Assembly: GCA_002269645.1 (NCBI GenBank)
Contig: NIVC01000667.1
Coordinates: 124,001-188,000 of the forward strand
Origin: Macrostomum lignano
Lineage: Eukaryota
Length of the DNA stretch: 64,000 nucleotides
Direction: 5' to 3'
The notes under the pieces were generated by a model. The model did no database searches. It saw nothing but the letters and a program-made list of their open reading frames with translations, and was not told the origin of the DNA. A program made the position numbers and the translations under genes. This document shows, in pieces, positions 60,216 through 64,000 of the stretch. Positions within the stretch are counted from its first letter, which is position 1; every line of letters starts with the position of its first letter.

Positions 60216-60895
60216 GGTCTTTCGATCTACATGATTTATCTATCTCGTACTAAGTAATGTCTATTTAATTTAACGATTTTCGATGATTGGCACGAACCTT
60301 TATTACTCTCAATGTACACAGCGTATAATTTGAATGTTTCATAGTGGGTAGCAAAAGCAAAAGTTAAACAGCGATCTATCTTCGGGCAGGCAAGCATTGC
60401 ACTCCTTTTCTCTCGTATTGGGCCGGAAATCGAAATGCGGAAACTTGGATTAGCAGACCCGACGGCTCCCAGCTCCGGGGGTCAGTCAGTATTGGATTGG
60501 GCAGATTTGAACGTTGTAGTGGAGAGAATTGAGTGAAATGTAGTCGTAGAATTGAATGATTGAACTCTTTGTGCTTAGCTGCAAAGCCTGCCTGGAATCC
60601 ACAGGGTTAGAAACGAATTAAAAAGAGTGTGTAGGATATAGGATTTGAAATAGAATTTGCCTTCTGAGAAAAATTGCGAGGCTTATTGAGACTCAAAGTC
60701 CTGCTAGTTGGTAGTTCTGGGAATCGCGCCCTCTGATTGGCAGATGGTCCCGTGTCTCCATTTTCTCGCCTTTGTCCTCCGCTCTCTTTGGACTAAAAAT
60801 TTTTCTGTTCAAGTAGAAGCAGAGCTAAAAAGGATTCAGAAATCGGTTGTCTTTTCTACATCGAATTCTCTTTGCAAAGAAAGACACCGAGGTAA

Positions 60896-61892
60896 ATGCT
60901 AGCAGCAAATTCTGCAGCAATGTTAATTGTTACATTTATCACAGTCGTTTGTTTAGCAGTTGCATCGGTATCCGCTGATTCAGGTGGTAATAACAAGCCC
61001 AACTCAAGTTGGTGCGACAGCCTGCCCCCCGTAATCAGGGCTGCCAACACCAGCTCTGAAGCGGAGTTCGTAGCTCGCTTATTAGCCGGCTACGAGAAGC
61101 ATCATCGACCGCCGAATTGTCGCGACGGTACCAAAGTAGCTTCATCTACGGCTACAATTGTACGGATCAACATTTTTGTGAACAGTATCAGCTCTGTGAG
61201 CGTAGTCGACATGGACTATTCTGTTGATATGTTCCTCCGACAGCGATGGACCGATCCTAGACTTCGATTCACCTCTACGAGTGACAAAGAGGTGCTCTCA
61301 TTGAACTACATGCGCGACAGGCTCTGGATTCCTGATCTGTTCTTCCGCAACGCCAAGGAAGGCAGGCTGCACACTATCACTACGCCTAACCTGCTCTTGT
61401 GGGTCTATCCAGACTGGGGCAGCGTCCTATTCAGTCAGAAGCTGTCTGTGAAGCTCGACTGCCCAATGACGCTGTGGAACTTTCCGATGGACAGTCAGGT
61501 GTGCCGAGTTGAGATGGGCAGCTATGGCTACTCGCTAGACCAACTGGAGCTCGTCTGGAATGAAGACCAACAAGTGGAACTAAACCGCAAGATGCAAGTC
61601 AACGAGTTTGAATTTCCACGTTTAAGACACGGAGCTTGCATGAAAGCCTATAATAGTACTGGCAGATTTGCCTGCCTCTATCTGGAGTTTCATCTGGTTA
61701 GGAAGTTTGGCTTCTATTTGATCTACACGTATCTGCCATCTATACTTGTGGTGATGCTGTCGTGGGTGTCCTTCTGGATCGACTATCAGGCTGTGCCGGC
61801 CAGAATATCCCTGGGCCTGCTGTCAATTTTGGCACTGATTACGCAGGCTGCCGCAACTCTGCAGAAATTGCCGAGGGTCTCCTACATCAAGG
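60896..61892 (+). CDS. Anion-selective Cys-loop ligand-gated ion channel subunit (GlyR/GluCl superfamily; probable lophotrochozoan GluCl), first exon; M3-M4 not found in window
   Basis: Signal peptide, FLRQRWTDPRL, LWIPDLFFRN, Cys-loop CPMTLWNFPMDSQVC, loop-C disulfide CMKAYNSTGRFAC, M1 (YLPSILVVMLSWVSFWI), the PAR anion filter with M2, then LPRVSYIK G|GTGAGA (phase-1 donor at 61892). Confidence 0.93.
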
Positions 61893-64000
61893 GTGAGAAT
61901 AATGGAATATATTTTCTAGTTAATGAGTAGATAATTTATTGATTGTCAGCGGCCAAGGTCCGAAAATCCATACAAAACCAGTGTCGAGGTCCAAAAATCC
62001 ATGGTGACTCTATTGCAATTGAATGCTATTGTCAATGCTTGTTCCGGGGCAATATGTTTTGTTTTCCGTCGTTTTGAACGCATTTCCTATGCAACAGATT
62101 TGAGTGTCATTGATTTTTCACATTTTTCTGCACCGACTAAAAGTGAGTTTTTTAGTTTTTCTGTTGAAAAGTTTATCCTTAGCAACCAAAATCATTTAAC
62201 AAAGCTCGATTGAATGAAGCAAAAATGACGAAAATTTTCCTGCAAACTTTTTGCACAGCCAGCCAGCCCTTAAAAGTAATCGAGACTTTTTATGTCAACT
62301 ACCTGCCTGAGTCCCTTTAGCTAGGCAAGTTTTTAACAAAATCTGAGTTTCAATTTCGTCGTTTTCTAGCACTTATAAAGACAGAGAGGAAGGTTGTTAA
62401 ATGTTTTGAATGTTTTCGATTTCAAAGCTTGGCATGAATAGTATCTCGTGTTCCAGGATGCAACAAAGACATAAAGCATGATTTCTTGTTTTCAATCGAT
62501 TCAAGTGACCAAATGCACCTGGGTCAAATTACAATAGATTGAAATCGTGAATTGGTTGGGTCAAAGCTTAATTAACAGGTTTAAAACATGAAAAAACGAC
62601 TGTGCTAATTTTAGTTAGGTCGTAGCTACTAGCAATCTTGTGCCCCACTTTGTGGCGGCCAATAAGCGGAGGGACGATTATTGTGCATCCTATTTGCATT
62701 TACATCTTAGCAATTCTATTCCCCCTGTAAGCCTTGACATCTTAGCAATTCCTCCAAGCCTGGGCATCTCCTTATGTTTCATTACACTTGTTTTGATGTT
62801 TGAATGACGCTTCTTTTTTGTTTTACATGGTGTCTCGTTTATGTTTGACATTATACGAGCTACTTCTTGTATGTTTTACATGACGTTTCTTTTATCTTTT
62901 ACATGACGCTGCTTTTATGCTTTACAAGCGTATTGTTGGTAGGGTCCTGGGCGGAAATGACAGCAAGATTGGTTCAAGTGTGACATCCTGAGTCAAACGC
63001 AAATCACAAACACTCGGGGCTTGTTCACATCGCCATCGTGTTGGTTTTGAAATGAAGACGTCAACATATTGTCAAAGAAGACGCCTGTTGCGTCGACCCT
63101 GTCAAGGTGCTTCAGGGAATTGATATAATCGAATACTTTGCGATAATGAGCTACGAGCGTATTGTTGACTTTGGCGGCGTCATTAGCCTCCTCGCTTTTG
63201 TCAACGTTTACCATTTTCGTTGCGCGCTTCTGCTAGTCCAGATTTTGCTGACTTCTGAGCATACATAATGGCGTTGGATAGAAAAATAGAAATACAAGTA
63301 AAAAACCTAGTCAAAGAAAATTCTCCAAAATTTTAACGTAGGTTAAAATAAATTCTCGAACGCAATCAAAGTATTCGAGAGTTGGCTCTAGGTTATTATT
63401 TTCGGAGCCCCAGGACAGTTGAATTTCGGCTTGTTTCATGTACGAGCATATTTGATGAATTTTGCTAGAATTTCTATTATGGCCCTATCGTCTTGAGTCA
63501 TTAGGTAAAATACTTTCTCCTCTTCACTACGGGAAGGCTTATAAACTTCAAAAATTATTCAGAAATTTTCTTGTTCAAATTTATCGCAGGTAGCACTATA
63601 CTATAGAGGTTCCCTCCAACTAGAATTATACAGGAAGTGAACTTCGGGTCCATGAGATTTGGCCGCCGAGAATTGCCCGCCGAGATTTGCCTGCAATGAT
63701 GTAGTAGAGAATGGCTATGAGTGCACCAATGTTTTTGACCGAGCTAGACTTCTTTGGCAAAGAAGTCTAGCTCGTACCAGCTCGTATGGCAGCAGTATTT
63801 AAGGTGCTTGATAACTATAGTACTGCTTATAGTGCTATTGTTGCTTCATCTCATAGCTGCCTCGCAGCTCTCTGGCTTCGTAGTAAGATTTTTTTCTTCA
63901 ACACACGCGCGCGCTTTCATGCCCGGAAGAGGAAGCGCCCTAAGACAGATGGAGTTTCACAGCCGCCTCCGTGCGTTCACACACGACAGCTTAAGCCTGG

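Overview
This is eukaryotic (animal) genomic DNA with GT-AG introns, polyQ/polyA-rich proteins and about 35 distinct tandem-repeat arrays. The repeat load, polyQ bias and a lophotrochozoan-type Cys-loop chloride channel suggest a free-living flatworm such as Macrostomum (inference only). I rebuilt gene models by hand from splice sites and checked exon phase. Left to right: the 5' part of a C2H2 zinc-finger gene (-, runs off the left end); the 3' part of an unidentified single-pass membrane protein gene (+) whose terminal exon is partly copied by a 1,850-bp tandem duplication; a complete 8-exon TTLL10-like tubulin polyglycylase with a polyQ tail (-); a complete 5-exon TMEM231 (+), head-to-head with TTLL10, each with an RFX X-box about 260-270 bp upstream; a complete 4-exon p130Cas/BCAR1-family gene (-); a two-repeat beta-thymosin (+) that may be nested in an alternative first intron of Cas; a minimal single-exon MRNIP (+); and the first 1-kb exon of an anion-selective Cys-loop receptor, probably a lophotrochozoan GluCl (+, runs off the right end). 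A 559-bp hAT-type MITE with TIRs and an 8-bp TSD carries its own minisatellite. Most long ORFs in the supplied track are artefacts of tandem repeats. The most striking structural signal is that almost every long intron is filled by its own minisatellite, while the two short repeat-free internal introns of TTLL10 and TMEM231 are both 81 nt. One array looks like a templated insertion from 3.2 kb away, flanked by a 33-bp direct repeat.
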